Assembly (NCBI GenBank): GCA_963728915.1
Contig: CAVSLV010000001.1
Span: 320,001-384,000 of the forward strand
Reading direction: 5' to 3'
Length of the DNA: 64,000 bases
Source: an uncultured Gemmatimonadales bacterium
GTDB taxonomy: Bacteria > Gemmatimonadota > Gemmatimonadetes > Gemmatimonadales > GWC2-71-9
Shown here: in pieces, positions 10,470-21,300 of the stretch
How positions within the stretch are numbered: the first letter of the stretch is position 1
Layout: every line of letters begins with the position of its first letter
The notes under the pieces: model-generated
Databases searched by the model: none
What the model was told of the DNA's origin: nothing
The model's input: the letters and a program-made list of their open reading frames with translations, nothing else
Translations under genes and position numbers: made by a program

Positions 10470-10610
10470 GTTGTTGGTTCCTGGGCTTGGTCTGAACTGG
10501 GTGACCAAGTATCGAGGGGGGACACGACCACCGCAAGATTCAGAAAAGAGACACCGTCTTGTTTGTTGGCACCCCCCTCGTCACGACAGGCTATTCCTTG
10601 CACGGTCGGC

Positions 10611-10639
10611 TTGCCTGCCGTTTTCATGACCGCTAGGAT
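10611..10639 (+). promoter_or_regulatory. Putative sigma70 promoter of asnS (TTGCCT-17-TAGGAT)
   Basis: TTGCCT 10611-10616, 17-nt spacer, TAGGAT 10634-10639; 36 nt upstream of the ATG. Confidence 0.5.
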
Positions 10640-10675
10640 GAGGCGATCCACCCTCCACTTTCGGGAACGACCTGC

Positions 10676-11971
10676 ATGAATCCGGTGACCATCGGCGAGC
10701 TGGGCAGCCACGTTGGCCAGGAGGTCCTGGTGCAGGGATGGGTGGTGACCACCCGTTCCAGCGGCAAGATCGCCTTCCTCGTGGTCCGCGACGGAACCGG
10801 ATACCTCCAGGCGGTCTTCGCCCGGAAGGAGGTGGGGGACGAGGTCTGGGAGCGTTTCGCCGGTCTGACCCAGGAGGCCTCAGTCGGGGTCCGGGGGACG
10901 GTTCGCGCCGATGCCCGGTCTCCCGGTGGGTTCGAGCTGACCGCCACGGGGCTCTTTGTCCTGGGCCCTTCGGTGGACTTCCCGATCAGCCCGAAGGAGC
11001 ACGGAACCCAGTTCCTGTTCGAGCATCGCCACCTGTGGCTCCGGAGCCGGCGGCAGGTCGCGATCGCCAAGGTCCGCCACGCGGTGATCCAGGCGATCCA
11101 CGATTTCTTCGATCAGCGGGGCTTTACCCGGGTGGACACGCCGATCCTTACTGGATCGATCGGGGAAGAAGCCGGAACCCTCTTTGCCACCGACTACTTC
11201 GACCTCGGCAAAGCCTACCTCGCCCAGACCGGCCAGCTCTACGTCGAGGCGGCCGCGGCGGCACTCGGCAAGGTCTACTGCTTCGGACCCACCTTCCGCG
11301 CCGAGAAGTCGAAGACCCGCCGCCATCTCACCGAATTCTGGATGGTGGAGCCGGAGGTCGCCTTCAACGACTCGGACGCGAACATGCGGCTTCAGGAGGA
11401 CTTCGTGAGCTTCCTGGTGGCCCGCGCCCTGGAACGATGCCAGGAGCCGCTCAAGGAGCTGGAGCGCGACACCACGCGGCTGGAGCAGATCACCCCGCCA
11501 TTCCACCGGGTGAGCTACACCGACGCCATCGCCCGGCTCAACGGGCTCGGCTCCGACATCCACTGGGGCGCCGACCTGGGCGCCGACGATGAAACCACTC
11601 TGTCCAGGGACTCGGACAAACCCGTCTTCATCTACAACTATCCGCGCGAGGTGAAGGCCTTCTACATGAAGGAGAACCCGGCCGATCCCCGGACGGTGCT
11701 CAATAATGACTGCCTGGCGCCGGAGGGATACGGGGAGATCATCGGAGGGTCGCAGCGGGAGGACGACTACGACCGGCTGCTTCAGCGGATCAAGGACCAG
11801 GGACTCCATCCGGAAGCCTACGGGTGGTATCTCGATCTTCGGAAATACGGGACCTTCGTCCACTCCGGGTTCGGGCTCGGCCTGGAACGGACCGTGGCCT
11901 GGATCTGCGGAATCCCCCACATCCGCGAAGCGATCGCGTTTCCCAGGCAGATCCATCGGCTGTATCCGTAG
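10676..11971 (+). CDS. asnS: Asparagine--tRNA ligase
   Basis: OB-fold N-terminus; motif 2 FRAEKSKTRRHLTEFWMVEPE; EIIGGSQRE; motif 3 GFGLGLER. Confidence 0.97.
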   Translation: MNPVTIGELGSHVGQEVLVQGWVVTTRSSGKIAFLVVRDGTGYLQAVFARKEVGDEVWERFAGLTQEASVGVRGTVRADARSPGGFELTATGLFVLGPSVDFPISPKEHGTQFLFEHRHLWLRSRRQVAIAKVRHAVIQAIHDFFDQRGFTRVDTPILTGSIGEEAGTLFATDYFDLGKAYLAQTGQLYVEAAAAALGKVYCFGPTFRAEKSKTRRHLTEFWMVEPEVAFNDSDANMRLQEDFVSFLVARALERCQEPLKELERDTTRLEQITPPFHRVSYTDAIARLNGLGSDIHWGADLGADDETTLSRDSDKPVFIYNYPREVKAFYMKENPADPRTVLNNDCLAPEGYGEIIGGSQREDDYDRLLQRIKDQGLHPEAYGWYLDLRKYGTFVHSGFGLGLERTVAWICGIPHIREAIAFPRQIHRLYP

Positions 11972-12018
11972 GCGGACAGGCGGACAGGCGGACAGGCGGA
12001 CAGGCGGACAGGCGGACA
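11971..12018. repeat. Perfect tandem repeat (GGCGGACA)x6
   Basis: Six exact 8-bp copies starting at the last base of the asnS stop codon. Confidence 0.97.
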
Positions 12019-12032
12019 GAGGGATTCCATTC

Positions 12033-14243
12033 ATGCGCCTCGTGATTGCCTTCGGATTGGCCCTCAGCAGTCCCTGCATGATCCCGGCGGCCGCGGCCCA
12101 GGCCGGCCAGGGCCGGACGCTTCTTCCCAGGGCCGGACTCGTCATAACCCGCAGTGTCAAGCTTGCCCCGGGCGCCTACCGGCTTGCCGCCCCGGCGTCC
12201 CTCGATTCCGCCGCGATCACCATTCAGGGCAACAACCTCACCGTGGATCTCACCGGTGTCACTCTGCTTGGCAGCGACTCGACCGCCGATCCGGACCAGG
12301 GGAGCGGGGTGGCAATCCATATCGAGGGCGGCCGGAACGTGCGGGTGATCGGCGGCGCGATCCGGGGCTACAAGATCGGCCTGCTCGCAACCGGGACGCG
12401 CCGTCTCGCGCTCCGGGGTCTCGACGCGAGCCATAACTGGAAGCCGAGGCTCTACAGCCTGGTGGAGCACGAAAGCCTGGCCGACTGGCTGTCCTTTCAT
12501 CAGAACGAGAAGCGGGAGTGGACCCGATACGGGGCCGGGATCTATCTCGAGGACGTCAAGGGCGGAGAAGTGCGGGACAGCCGGGTGGTCCAGGGGATGA
12601 ACGGCCTCCTGCTGGTCCGGACCGATTCGCTCCTCATTCGGGACAACACCTTCTCCTTCAATTCCGGCCTCGGCATCGGGCTCTACCGCTCCAGCGTGAA
12701 CACCATCGTCCGGAACCGGCTCGACTACAACGTGCGGGGATACAGCCACGGGTTCTACCACCGGGGCCAGGATTCCGCCGGTCTGTTGCTCTACGAGCAG
12801 AGCTCCCATAACACGGTGGCCTGGAACTCGGCCACCCATGGAGGGGACGGGCTCTTCCTGTGGGCTGGCCAGAGCACGATGGACTCGGGAGATGCCGGGG
12901 CCAACGACAACGTGTTCTACGGGAACGATTTCAGCTTCGCTCCCGCGAACGCCATGGAAGCCACCTTCAGCCGGAACCGGTTTCTGGCGAACCGCGCCGA
13001 AGGGAGCGACTACGGGCTCTGGGGCGGCTACAGCTGGGAGTCGGTGATCGCGGGGAACTGCTTCGTGGGAAACCGGGTCGGGATCGCCATCGAGCACGGG
13101 CAGGACAACCTGATCGCCGCGAACCGGTTCAGTGGCGACACCACGGCGGTCTGGCTCTGGGCCAACCCGATCGAGCCCTCGGAGTGGGGGTACCCGAAAC
13201 ACCGCGATACCCGCTCCCGGGACACCCGGGTTATGAAGAACCGGTTCGAGGGCAATCGCGTGGCGGTCCGGGCTCGTACCACGCCCGGACTCGAGGTCTC
13301 CGGCAATGTGGAGGTGGTGGTGGATTCCATGCTGGCGCTGGATGACTCCACCCGGGCCGGCCTGCTGTTCCCGCCGCCGGAGCGGACCCGGGCCGGCATC
13401 ACCGGCTGCGGCCCCGGGTCGGCCCTGCCCGCCGCGTACCGGAAGATGGTGCCGCGTTTGCCGAGCCTCCCTCACTCGGTGCCCGCCTCGGACCCGGCCC
13501 GGCTCGACCGCTCCGCGATCGTGGTGGACGAGTGGGGTCCGTTCGACTGGCAATCCCCACGGGTGTGGCCGGTCGACAGCGTTCGCGCGAGTCCGCTCCG
13601 GCTCCGCACCGGAGGACCGGCGGGATCCTGGCGCGTGGTCAATCGATTCGGCATCGCCGAAATGACGCCGACCTCTGGCCGGATCGGCGATACCATCACG
13701 GTGACCCCGATCGCTCCGGGCAATGACTGGGCGATCCGGCTCGAGTATCAGGCCGGCGACACCGTCGCGAGATCGGGAAACCCCCGGCCTCAGGGCTCCC
13801 CGGTCGCATTCGGCTATTCCCGCTGGGAGCCGGTGCTCGCCTGGGACGCCCGGTTTTTCCGGTGGGACGACTCGCTCGACCTTCGCCAGGGCCCCGAGCG
13901 ATTCGACGCGGTGACGGCCACGACGCCCATCCTCACCCGCCAGCTCTCCCGGCTCGACTTCGAATGGTACCGGCCTCAGATCGCCGAGCTTCCCCTGGAG
14001 CGCTGGGCGCTGCTCGCGACCACCTCGGTCGAGCTTTCCCCCGGCGCCTATCAGCTTCGCACCATCAGCGATGACGGAATCCGGGTCTGGGTGGACGACC
14101 GCCTGGTGCTCGACCATTGGAACGGGCACGAGTCCGAGGTCGACCGCGTCCCGATCGAAGCCGGGGCCCACCGGTTACGGGTCGGGTACTTTCAGGATGG
14201 GGGGTGGACCGAGCTCCGGGTGGAGATCCTGCGGAGGCCCTAA
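12033..14243 (+). CDS. Secreted right-handed beta-helix (pectin-lyase/NosD fold) protein with C-terminal PA14 domain
   Basis: Signal peptide from ATG 12033; Asn-ladder repeats (IRDNTFSFNSGLGIGL, NTIVRNRLDYN); PA14 motif SDDGIRVWVDDRLVLDHW...GYFQDGG. Confidence 0.82.
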   Translation: MRLVIAFGLALSSPCMIPAAAAQAGQGRTLLPRAGLVITRSVKLAPGAYRLAAPASLDSAAITIQGNNLTVDLTGVTLLGSDSTADPDQGSGVAIHIEGGRNVRVIGGAIRGYKIGLLATGTRRLALRGLDASHNWKPRLYSLVEHESLADWLSFHQNEKREWTRYGAGIYLEDVKGGEVRDSRVVQGMNGLLLVRTDSLLIRDNTFSFNSGLGIGLYRSSVNTIVRNRLDYNVRGYSHGFYHRGQDSAGLLLYEQSSHNTVAWNSATHGGDGLFLWAGQSTMDSGDAGANDNVFYGNDFSFAPANAMEATFSRNRFLANRAEGSDYGLWGGYSWESVIAGNCFVGNRVGIAIEHGQDNLIAANRFSGDTTAVWLWANPIEPSEWGYPKHRDTRSRDTRVMKNRFEGNRVAVRARTTPGLEVSGNVEVVVDSMLALDDSTRAGLLFPPPERTRAGITGCGPGSALPAAYRKMVPRLPSLPHSVPASDPARLDRSAIVVDEWGPFDWQSPRVWPVDSVRASPLRLRTGGPAGSWRVVNRFGIAEMTPTSGRIGDTITVTPIAPGNDWAIRLEYQAGDTVARSGNPRPQGSPVAFGYSRWEPVLAWDARFFRWDDSLDLRQGPERFDAVTATTPILTRQLSRLDFEWYRPQIAELPLERWALLATTSVELSPGAYQLRTISDDGIRVWVDDRLVLDHWNGHESEVDRVPIEAGAHRLRVGYFQDGGWTELRVEILRRP

Positions 14244-14989
14244 CCCGCCCTTTTCGCCTCGTCCCAGAGCCGGTCCAGCGTCTCGAGACCGGCGTTCTGC
14301 ACCGTGATTCCGCGCTCCGCGGCCAGCCGTTCGAGCCGGCCGAACCGCTCCCGGAACCGGGCGTTGGCCCGCTCCAGGGCGGGTCCCGGCTGCACCCCGA
14401 GCTTCCGGGCCAGATTGACGACCGCGAAGAGCAGATCCCCGATCTCCTCCTCCCGCCGCAGGGCGGAGGACTCGGCTTCCACCTCGGCCAGTTCCTCCCG
14501 GACCTTGTCGGCGGGGCCCCGCGCGTCGGGCCAGTCGAACCCAACCCCCGCGGCCCGTTCCTGGATCCGGAATGCCATGAGCAGCTCGGGCAGGGTGGGA
14601 GGCAGGCCGTCGAGCAGGCCGGCGGGGATTTCGCCGCCGCTCCGCTCCCGCAGCTTCAACTCCTCCCAGCGCCCCTGCTCGCCGAGGTCGAAGAGGTGCG
14701 GGTGGCGCCGTTTCATCTTGGCTTCGAGCCGGTCGGCCGTCTCGTCCGCACTGAATTCGGAGCGTTCCTCCCCGAGGACGAGCTGCCAGGCCAGGTGGAG
14801 CATCAGGTCGGCCACTTCGTCGCCGATCGCGTCGGGATCTCCCGACCCGATGGCCTGGTCGAGCTCGTGGACTTCTTCCACCAGGTAGGGCCGGAGCGTC
14901 TCGCGGGTCTGAGCCCGGTCCCAGGCACAGCGGACCCGGAGATCCCGCACCATCGCCATCGCGCGCTCCAGCGGGGACTTCGCTTGCAT
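14240..14989 (-). CDS. mazG: Nucleoside triphosphate pyrophosphohydrolase MazG
   Basis: CAWDRAQT, EEVHEL, RRHPHLF, GFDWP, EEEIGDLLFAVVNLAR; GGAG RBS. Confidence 0.95.
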   Translation of the reverse strand: MQAKSPLERAMAMVRDLRVRCAWDRAQTRETLRPYLVEEVHELDQAIGSGDPDAIGDEVADLMLHLAWQLVLGEERSEFSADETADRLEAKMKRRHPHLFDLGEQGRWEELKLRERSGGEIPAGLLDGLPPTLPELLMAFRIQERAAGVGFDWPDARGPADKVREELAEVEAESSALRREEEIGDLLFAVVNLARKLGVQPGPALERANARFRERFGRLERLAAERGITVQNAGLETLDRLWDEAKRAG

Positions 14990-15012
14990 TGCTCCTCCCG
15001 GTCCGATAAGCT
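14984..15012 (+). promoter_or_regulatory. Putative sigma70 promoter of the alr operon (TTGCAT-17-TAAGCT)
   Basis: TTGCAT 14984-14989 overlaps the mazG start codon; TAAGCT 15007-15012. Confidence 0.5.
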
Positions 15013-15024
15013 ACCCGCTCTCCG

Positions 15025-16116
15025 GTGACCAAAGTAATGCGCGAGAATTCCGGGCGGGCGTGGCTCGATGTCGATCTCGATGCCCTGGTGCGCAACGCGC
15101 GACGGTTCGCCGAGCGGTGCGGCGCCCGCCTGCTTCCCATGGTCAAGGCGAACGGGTACGGGCTCGGCGCGGTTCCCATAACCCGCGCGCTCGAGGCGGT
15201 CGACCCGTGGGGCTACGGCGTCGCCACCGTCCCCGAGGGCGCCGAGCTCCGGGAGGCCGGTATCGTCCGGCCGATCCTCGTGCTGACCCCGTTCGTCGGC
15301 GACGCCGGCGAGGTCGAGGAGTACCGGGAGCATGGTCTCCGTGCGGTGATCGGGGATCTTCCCGGGCTCGAGACCTGGCTGGCCCATCACGGCGGGCCCT
15401 TTCACGTGGAGATCGACACCGGAATGAGCCGGGCCGGGTTTCCCTGGCGGGACGGGGCAGCGCTCACCGGGTTAGGGCGGCGGCTGGCCGGCGCGCCGGA
15501 CTGGGAAGGCGTGTTCACCCACTTCCATTCCCCCGACAGCGATCCCGGCAGCGTCGCGGTCCAGCTCGCCCGGTTCGACCAGGCGATCGCGGCGCTGCCC
15601 CATCATCCCCCGCTGGTGCACACCACCAGCAGCGCCGCGGTGGGGCTGGTCGGGCATCGGAACGACCAGCTGGCCCGGCCCGGGATCGCGCTCTATGGCG
15701 GCGAGTCCGCGCCGGACCTCGTGGTCGAGCCGGTCGCGCGGCTCTCCGCCGGCGTCATCGCGGTCCGGCGGATCGAGCCGGGAGACACGGTGAGCTACGG
15801 GGCCGAGTGGAAGGCCCGCGTCCCGACCACCATCGCGACGCTCTCGATCGGATACGCCGACGGGCTGCTGCGATCGCTGGGCAATCGCGGGCTGGTCGAG
15901 CTCCACGATCGGGTGGTCCCGATCGTCGGACGGGTCAACATGGACATGGTGATGGTCGATGCCGGCGACCTGCCGGTCCGGCCCGGAGATGTGGCGGTGA
16001 TCTTCGGCGGTCGCATTGCGCTCGACGAGCAGGCCCGCCGCGGCGGGACCAACGCGTACGAGCTGCTCACCGCGATCGGGGAGCGGGTCACCCGGCGATA
16101 TCACGGAGGCCGCTGA
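15025..16116 (+). CDS. alr: Alanine racemase (alternative start ATG 15037)
   Basis: PLP-lysine motif VKANGYGLG, DTGMSRAG, VSYG, GYADG, GRVNMD. Confidence 0.95.
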   Translation: MTKVMRENSGRAWLDVDLDALVRNARRFAERCGARLLPMVKANGYGLGAVPITRALEAVDPWGYGVATVPEGAELREAGIVRPILVLTPFVGDAGEVEEYREHGLRAVIGDLPGLETWLAHHGGPFHVEIDTGMSRAGFPWRDGAALTGLGRRLAGAPDWEGVFTHFHSPDSDPGSVAVQLARFDQAIAALPHHPPLVHTTSSAAVGLVGHRNDQLARPGIALYGGESAPDLVVEPVARLSAGVIAVRRIEPGDTVSYGAEWKARVPTTIATLSIGYADGLLRSLGNRGLVELHDRVVPIVGRVNMDMVMVDAGDLPVRPGDVAVIFGGRIALDEQARRGGTNAYELLTAIGERVTRRYHGGR

Positions 16117-17285
16117 TGGCGCGGCGCGCGGCGATCATCGTGCTCGACGGACTCGGGATCGGGTCGGCGCACGATGCCGCCTCCTACGGAGACGGCGGCA
16201 GCGATACCCTCGGGAACGTGCTCCGCACCGGCGCCCCGCTTGCCCTCCCCGAGCTGACCCGGCTTGGCCTGGGATGCTGTGCCCCGCTCCGGGGGATCGC
16301 GGCGGTCGATCGCCCCCGGGCCGCGTTCGGCACCGCGCAGCCGAAGAGCGCGGGGAAGGACAGCACCACCGGGCACTGGGAACTCTGCGGCGTCATCCTG
16401 GAACAGCCCTTTCCAACCTATCCCGGAGGATTCCCCGCGGTGGTGGTGGAGGAATTCTCCCGGCGGACCGGCCGGGGAGTCCTGGCCAACCGTCCCGCTT
16501 CGGGAACCGCGATCATCGAGGCGTTCGGTCCGGAGCATCAGGCCACCGGAAGCTGGATCGTGTACACCTCCGCCGACAGCGTGTTCCAGGTTGCGGCCCA
16601 CGAAGAGGTCGTTCCGCTCGAGGAGCTGTATCGAGCCTGTCAGGTCGCGCGGGACATGCTGCAGGGAGAACACGGGGTGTCCCGGGTGATCGCCCGGCCG
16701 TTCCTCGGCTCGCCCGGGGCCTATCGCCGTACCCCCCATCGCAGGGACTTCAGCCTCGAGCCGACCGGATCCACCCTTCTCGATGGCTGCGAGCTTCGGG
16801 GAATCCCCCGGGTGGGTGTCGGAAAGGTGGACGATCTCTTTGCCGGGCGGGGCATCGTGAGCACCCACACCGCGACCAACGACGAGGCCTATCGGCTGAT
16901 CCGGGAAGGGCTCGTCGGGATGGAAGGGGGATTTCTGTTCGCGAACGTGATCGAATTCGACCAAAGCTGGGGGCATCGCAACGACGTGGCCGGGTTCCGG
17001 GGAGGTTTGATCGAGCTGGATCGGGCCCTGCCGGGCCTCCTCGCGCCGGTCCGGGAGGGCGATCTCGTTATCTTTACCGCGGACCACGGAAACGACCCTA
17101 CCACCCCCTCGACCGACCATTCGCGGGAACGGGTACCGCTCCTGGTTTACGGGCCGCGGATCGGGGCCGTTCCTCTCGGAGAGCGGCAAACCTTTGCCGA
17201 TATCGGGCAGACGGTTGCCGAATTCCTGGGAACGGCCCCGCTTGCGGCCGGGACGTCTTTTCTGAGCGAGGTCTGGCGTGGGTGA
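16116..17285 (+). CDS. deoB: Phosphopentomutase
   Basis: [53 protein letters not shown] coupling. Confidence 0.96.
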   Translation: MARRAAIIVLDGLGIGSAHDAASYGDGGSDTLGNVLRTGAPLALPELTRLGLGCCAPLRGIAAVDRPRAAFGTAQPKSAGKDSTTGHWELCGVILEQPFPTYPGGFPAVVVEEFSRRTGRGVLANRPASGTAIIEAFGPEHQATGSWIVYTSADSVFQVAAHEEVVPLEELYRACQVARDMLQGEHGVSRVIARPFLGSPGAYRRTPHRRDFSLEPTGSTLLDGCELRGIPRVGVGKVDDLFAGRGIVSTHTATNDEAYRLIREGLVGMEGGFLFANVIEFDQSWGHRNDVAGFRGGLIELDRALPGLLAPVREGDLVIFTADHGNDPTTPSTDHSRERVPLLVYGPRIGAVPLGERQTFADIGQTVAEFLGTAPLAAGTSFLSEVWRG

Positions 17286-17661
17286 CCGGTTGATCGAGGC
17301 AGCCCGGGCGGCACAACAGCGCGCCTACGCCCCGTACTCCAACTTTCGAGTCGGCGCGGCGCTCGAGACCGAAGACGGCGCCGTGTATACCGGCTGCAAC
17401 GTGGAGAATGCCTCGTACGGTTTGACGATCTGCGCCGAGCGGGCCGCCGTGTGTACCGCGGTCACGGCGGGAGCCCAGCGGTTCCGCCGGGTGGTCGTGG
17501 CGACCGACGTTGACCCTCCGGCATCTCCCTGTGGAGCCTGCCGCCAGGTGCTCGCCGAGTTCGGCCCCGCGCTCCGGGTGGACGCGGTGGGACCGACCCA
17601 GTCGCGCTCCTGGCGCCTCAGCGAGCTCCTCCCCGACGCGTTCGTGAAGGAGTCGATGTGA
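17278..17661 (+). CDS. cdd: Cytidine deaminase (homotetrameric type)
   Basis: [35 protein letters not shown]. Confidence 0.97.
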   Translation: MGDRLIEAARAAQQRAYAPYSNFRVGAALETEDGAVYTGCNVENASYGLTICAERAAVCTAVTAGAQRFRRVVVATDVDPPASPCGACRQVLAEFGPALRVDAVGPTQSRSWRLSELLPDAFVKESM

Positions 17662-18842
17662 AGCGGTTGCTCATCCTGCTGGGCATCGGAGCGCTGGGCG
17701 CGTGTCAGGAGCGCCTCGCGCTGCCGTCCACCTGTCCCGACCTTTGCCCCGGGAGCGGGGTCGAGGTCCGCGATACCACCCTCGACGCCATCGTCGGCTC
17801 GGACAGCAGCTTCTTCGGCTATATCGGCCTTGAGGAGCCTCCCGCCGTGCTGGTCTCCAATGGTCTCGCGGAAGGCGACGCGCGCGGCCGGGCCATCTTC
17901 GGGGCTCTGCCGGACAGCCTCTTCGTGATCGGGACGCGCTACGCCTACACCGTCGACTCGATGCTGTTCGTGCTTCCGATGCTGGCGCGGGATACCGCCG
18001 TCAAGAACATCCAGATCATCATCCACCGGATTCCTCTGGTGGATTCGACGGTCACCCTGGCCGACCTGGACCAGTACATGACGCCGGAGACGGTGGTGGA
18101 CTCGGCGCTCATTTCCGATACCCTGGTCACCGGAGACGTGCGGGTTATGGTCCGTCCGGAGAGCTGGCCCAAGCTCACTCCCGATGAAGCCGACACGACC
18201 CGGCTGGCGGTGGGATTCCGGATCACCGCGCCCACGCCGACCGGGATCCGGCTCGGATCCACGTTCAGTGGAGATGGCCCGACCTGGTACACCTACGTCC
18301 AGGTGCCGACGACCGATACCTCCCTCACCCATCAGACCATCACCATCCCGGCCGATTCGACCAACTATGTCATCGAAGCGCCCTCGCCCTCCGACCCCGC
18401 CAACCTCTTTTTTGGAGGCCGGACCGGGAGCCGGACTCTCCTGCGGTTCCAATTGCCCAGGGTGCTGCGGGATTCGTCCACCGTGGTGCGGGCGACTCTC
18501 GAGATGACCCTGGCTCATCCGGTTCTGGGACTGCCCAATGACCCGGCCTCGGTCCAGGCGCTCGCGGCCCTGGTGGATGTGGGCGCCAAGTCGCCGGCCT
18601 TCAGCGGCGCGGTGGGAACCCAGTCGCTCGAAGCCGGACTGAGCGGGCTCCAGAGGATCGAAGTCCTGGGCCCGGTCAGCTCCTGGTTCGGCCCCAACGG
18701 ACTGACGCCGACCCTGGTGATGGGTCTGGCGCCGGAAGGGGGAACCTTCACCCAGGCCGAGTTTCTCTCGACCCGGGCCCCGATGGGGGCGCCACGGCTC
18801 CGGCTTACCTACGCGGTTCCTTCGCGGGCCGGGTTCCCCTGA
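17658..18842 (+). CDS. Hypothetical beta-rich lipoprotein
   Basis: Lipobox LGAC after a hydrophobic stretch; coupled at both ends (GTGA, TGATG). Confidence 0.75.
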   Translation: MKRLLILLGIGALGACQERLALPSTCPDLCPGSGVEVRDTTLDAIVGSDSSFFGYIGLEEPPAVLVSNGLAEGDARGRAIFGALPDSLFVIGTRYAYTVDSMLFVLPMLARDTAVKNIQIIIHRIPLVDSTVTLADLDQYMTPETVVDSALISDTLVTGDVRVMVRPESWPKLTPDEADTTRLAVGFRITAPTPTGIRLGSTFSGDGPTWYTYVQVPTTDTSLTHQTITIPADSTNYVIEAPSPSDPANLFFGGRTGSRTLLRFQLPRVLRDSSTVVRATLEMTLAHPVLGLPNDPASVQALAALVDVGAKSPAFSGAVGTQSLEAGLSGLQRIEVLGPVSSWFGPNGLTPTLVMGLAPEGGTFTQAEFLSTRAPMGAPRLRLTYAVPSRAGFP

Positions 18843-19977
18843 TGCGCGCGCTCGCCCCGCTCGCGCTCGCCACCGTGCTCGCGGGCCCCCTCGTGGCCCA
18901 GGCGTCCGAATTCGGGACCCGCGGGTTCGGCCTGCCGCTCCGGCCCATCTCGGTGCGGGCCTCCGCGACCGGAGGCGCGTTCGGATTCTTCGACATCGAG
19001 TCCGCGTCCAATCCTTCGTCGTTCGCGTTCGTCGGCAGGTCGAACGTTTCCTTCCAGACGGTGCAGACCTGGACCAGCGCCGAGAACCCGGTGGGAACCG
19101 CCAGCACTCGTGACAATCGCTACCCCGGGTTCATGGTGGCCGCGCCCCTCGGTGGAACGCGACTCGCCATCGCGGTGAGCGCGAGTGGCTACACCGATCG
19201 CAATTTCTCGCTCGCCTCCATGGATACCGTCATCCTTCGGGACGAGCCGGTCGAAACCACCGACACCCTGACCTCGCTCGGTGGCATCAGCGATCTTCGG
19301 GCAGCGATGGCCTGGCGCATGTCCAGCAAGGTGCAATGGGGTCTCGGCCTCCATCTGCTGACCGGATCGAACCGGATCACCAACCATCGGGTGTTCTCCG
19401 ACACGACCTACAGTGGCGCCTCGGAGCATTCCACGATCTCCTATCTGTCGTACGGCCTCTCCATCGGCGTAACCGCCCGGCCGATTCCCATCCTGACGCT
19501 CGCCGGGATGGCACGGGCCGATACCCGGATCCGGATCGAGCGCGATACCGCGCAGGCCGGCAGAGTGAACCTCCCGATGACGCTGGGCGCAGGGGCCCGG
19601 CTCCAGCTCGGCCGGCGGCTTCTGATGGCCGGCTCGGCGACGTTCCGCAACTGGGAGCGATCCGATTCCGGGCTGGTGGCCCTGGGAGGACTCGGCAGCC
19701 GGAACACGACCGAATGGGACGTCGGATTCGAGTTCATCCCCAAACCGACCCATCCCGGGTCGCATCCGATCCGGCTCGGGATGTATCGAAGCGGCCTGCC
19801 GTTTCCGTTGCAGGCCGGACTGGTTCAACGCGAGACCGGGATTTCGGCGGGGACCTCCCTCGAATTTGCCGGGGGCCGGGCTCGCAGCGATATCACGCTG
19901 AGCCGGGTCTGGCGCTCCGGTGGCCCGGACTTCTCCGAGCGCGCCGTGATGCTCAACGCGGGCATCTCGATCCGGCC

Positions 19978-19981
<4 letters not shown>
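18842..19981 (+). CDS. Outer-membrane beta-barrel protein (FadL/PorV-like architecture)
   Basis: Signal peptide; N-terminal plug-like RASATGG...NPS; alternating amphipathic strands; terminal strand NAGISIRP. Confidence 0.68.

Positions 19982-21296
<1,315 letters not shown>

Positions 21297-21300
<4 letters not shown>

Noticed and set aside
11706..12032. N-terminal extension of the beta-helix ORF through the octamer repeat (RRTGGQAD repeats)
   Set aside because: It overlaps asnS; ATG 12033 starts a signal peptide, so the repeat is probably non-coding.
14240..14989. mazG as part of a toxin-antitoxin or anti-phage system
   Set aside because: Tandem-domain housekeeping type with no mazEF or defence genes nearby.
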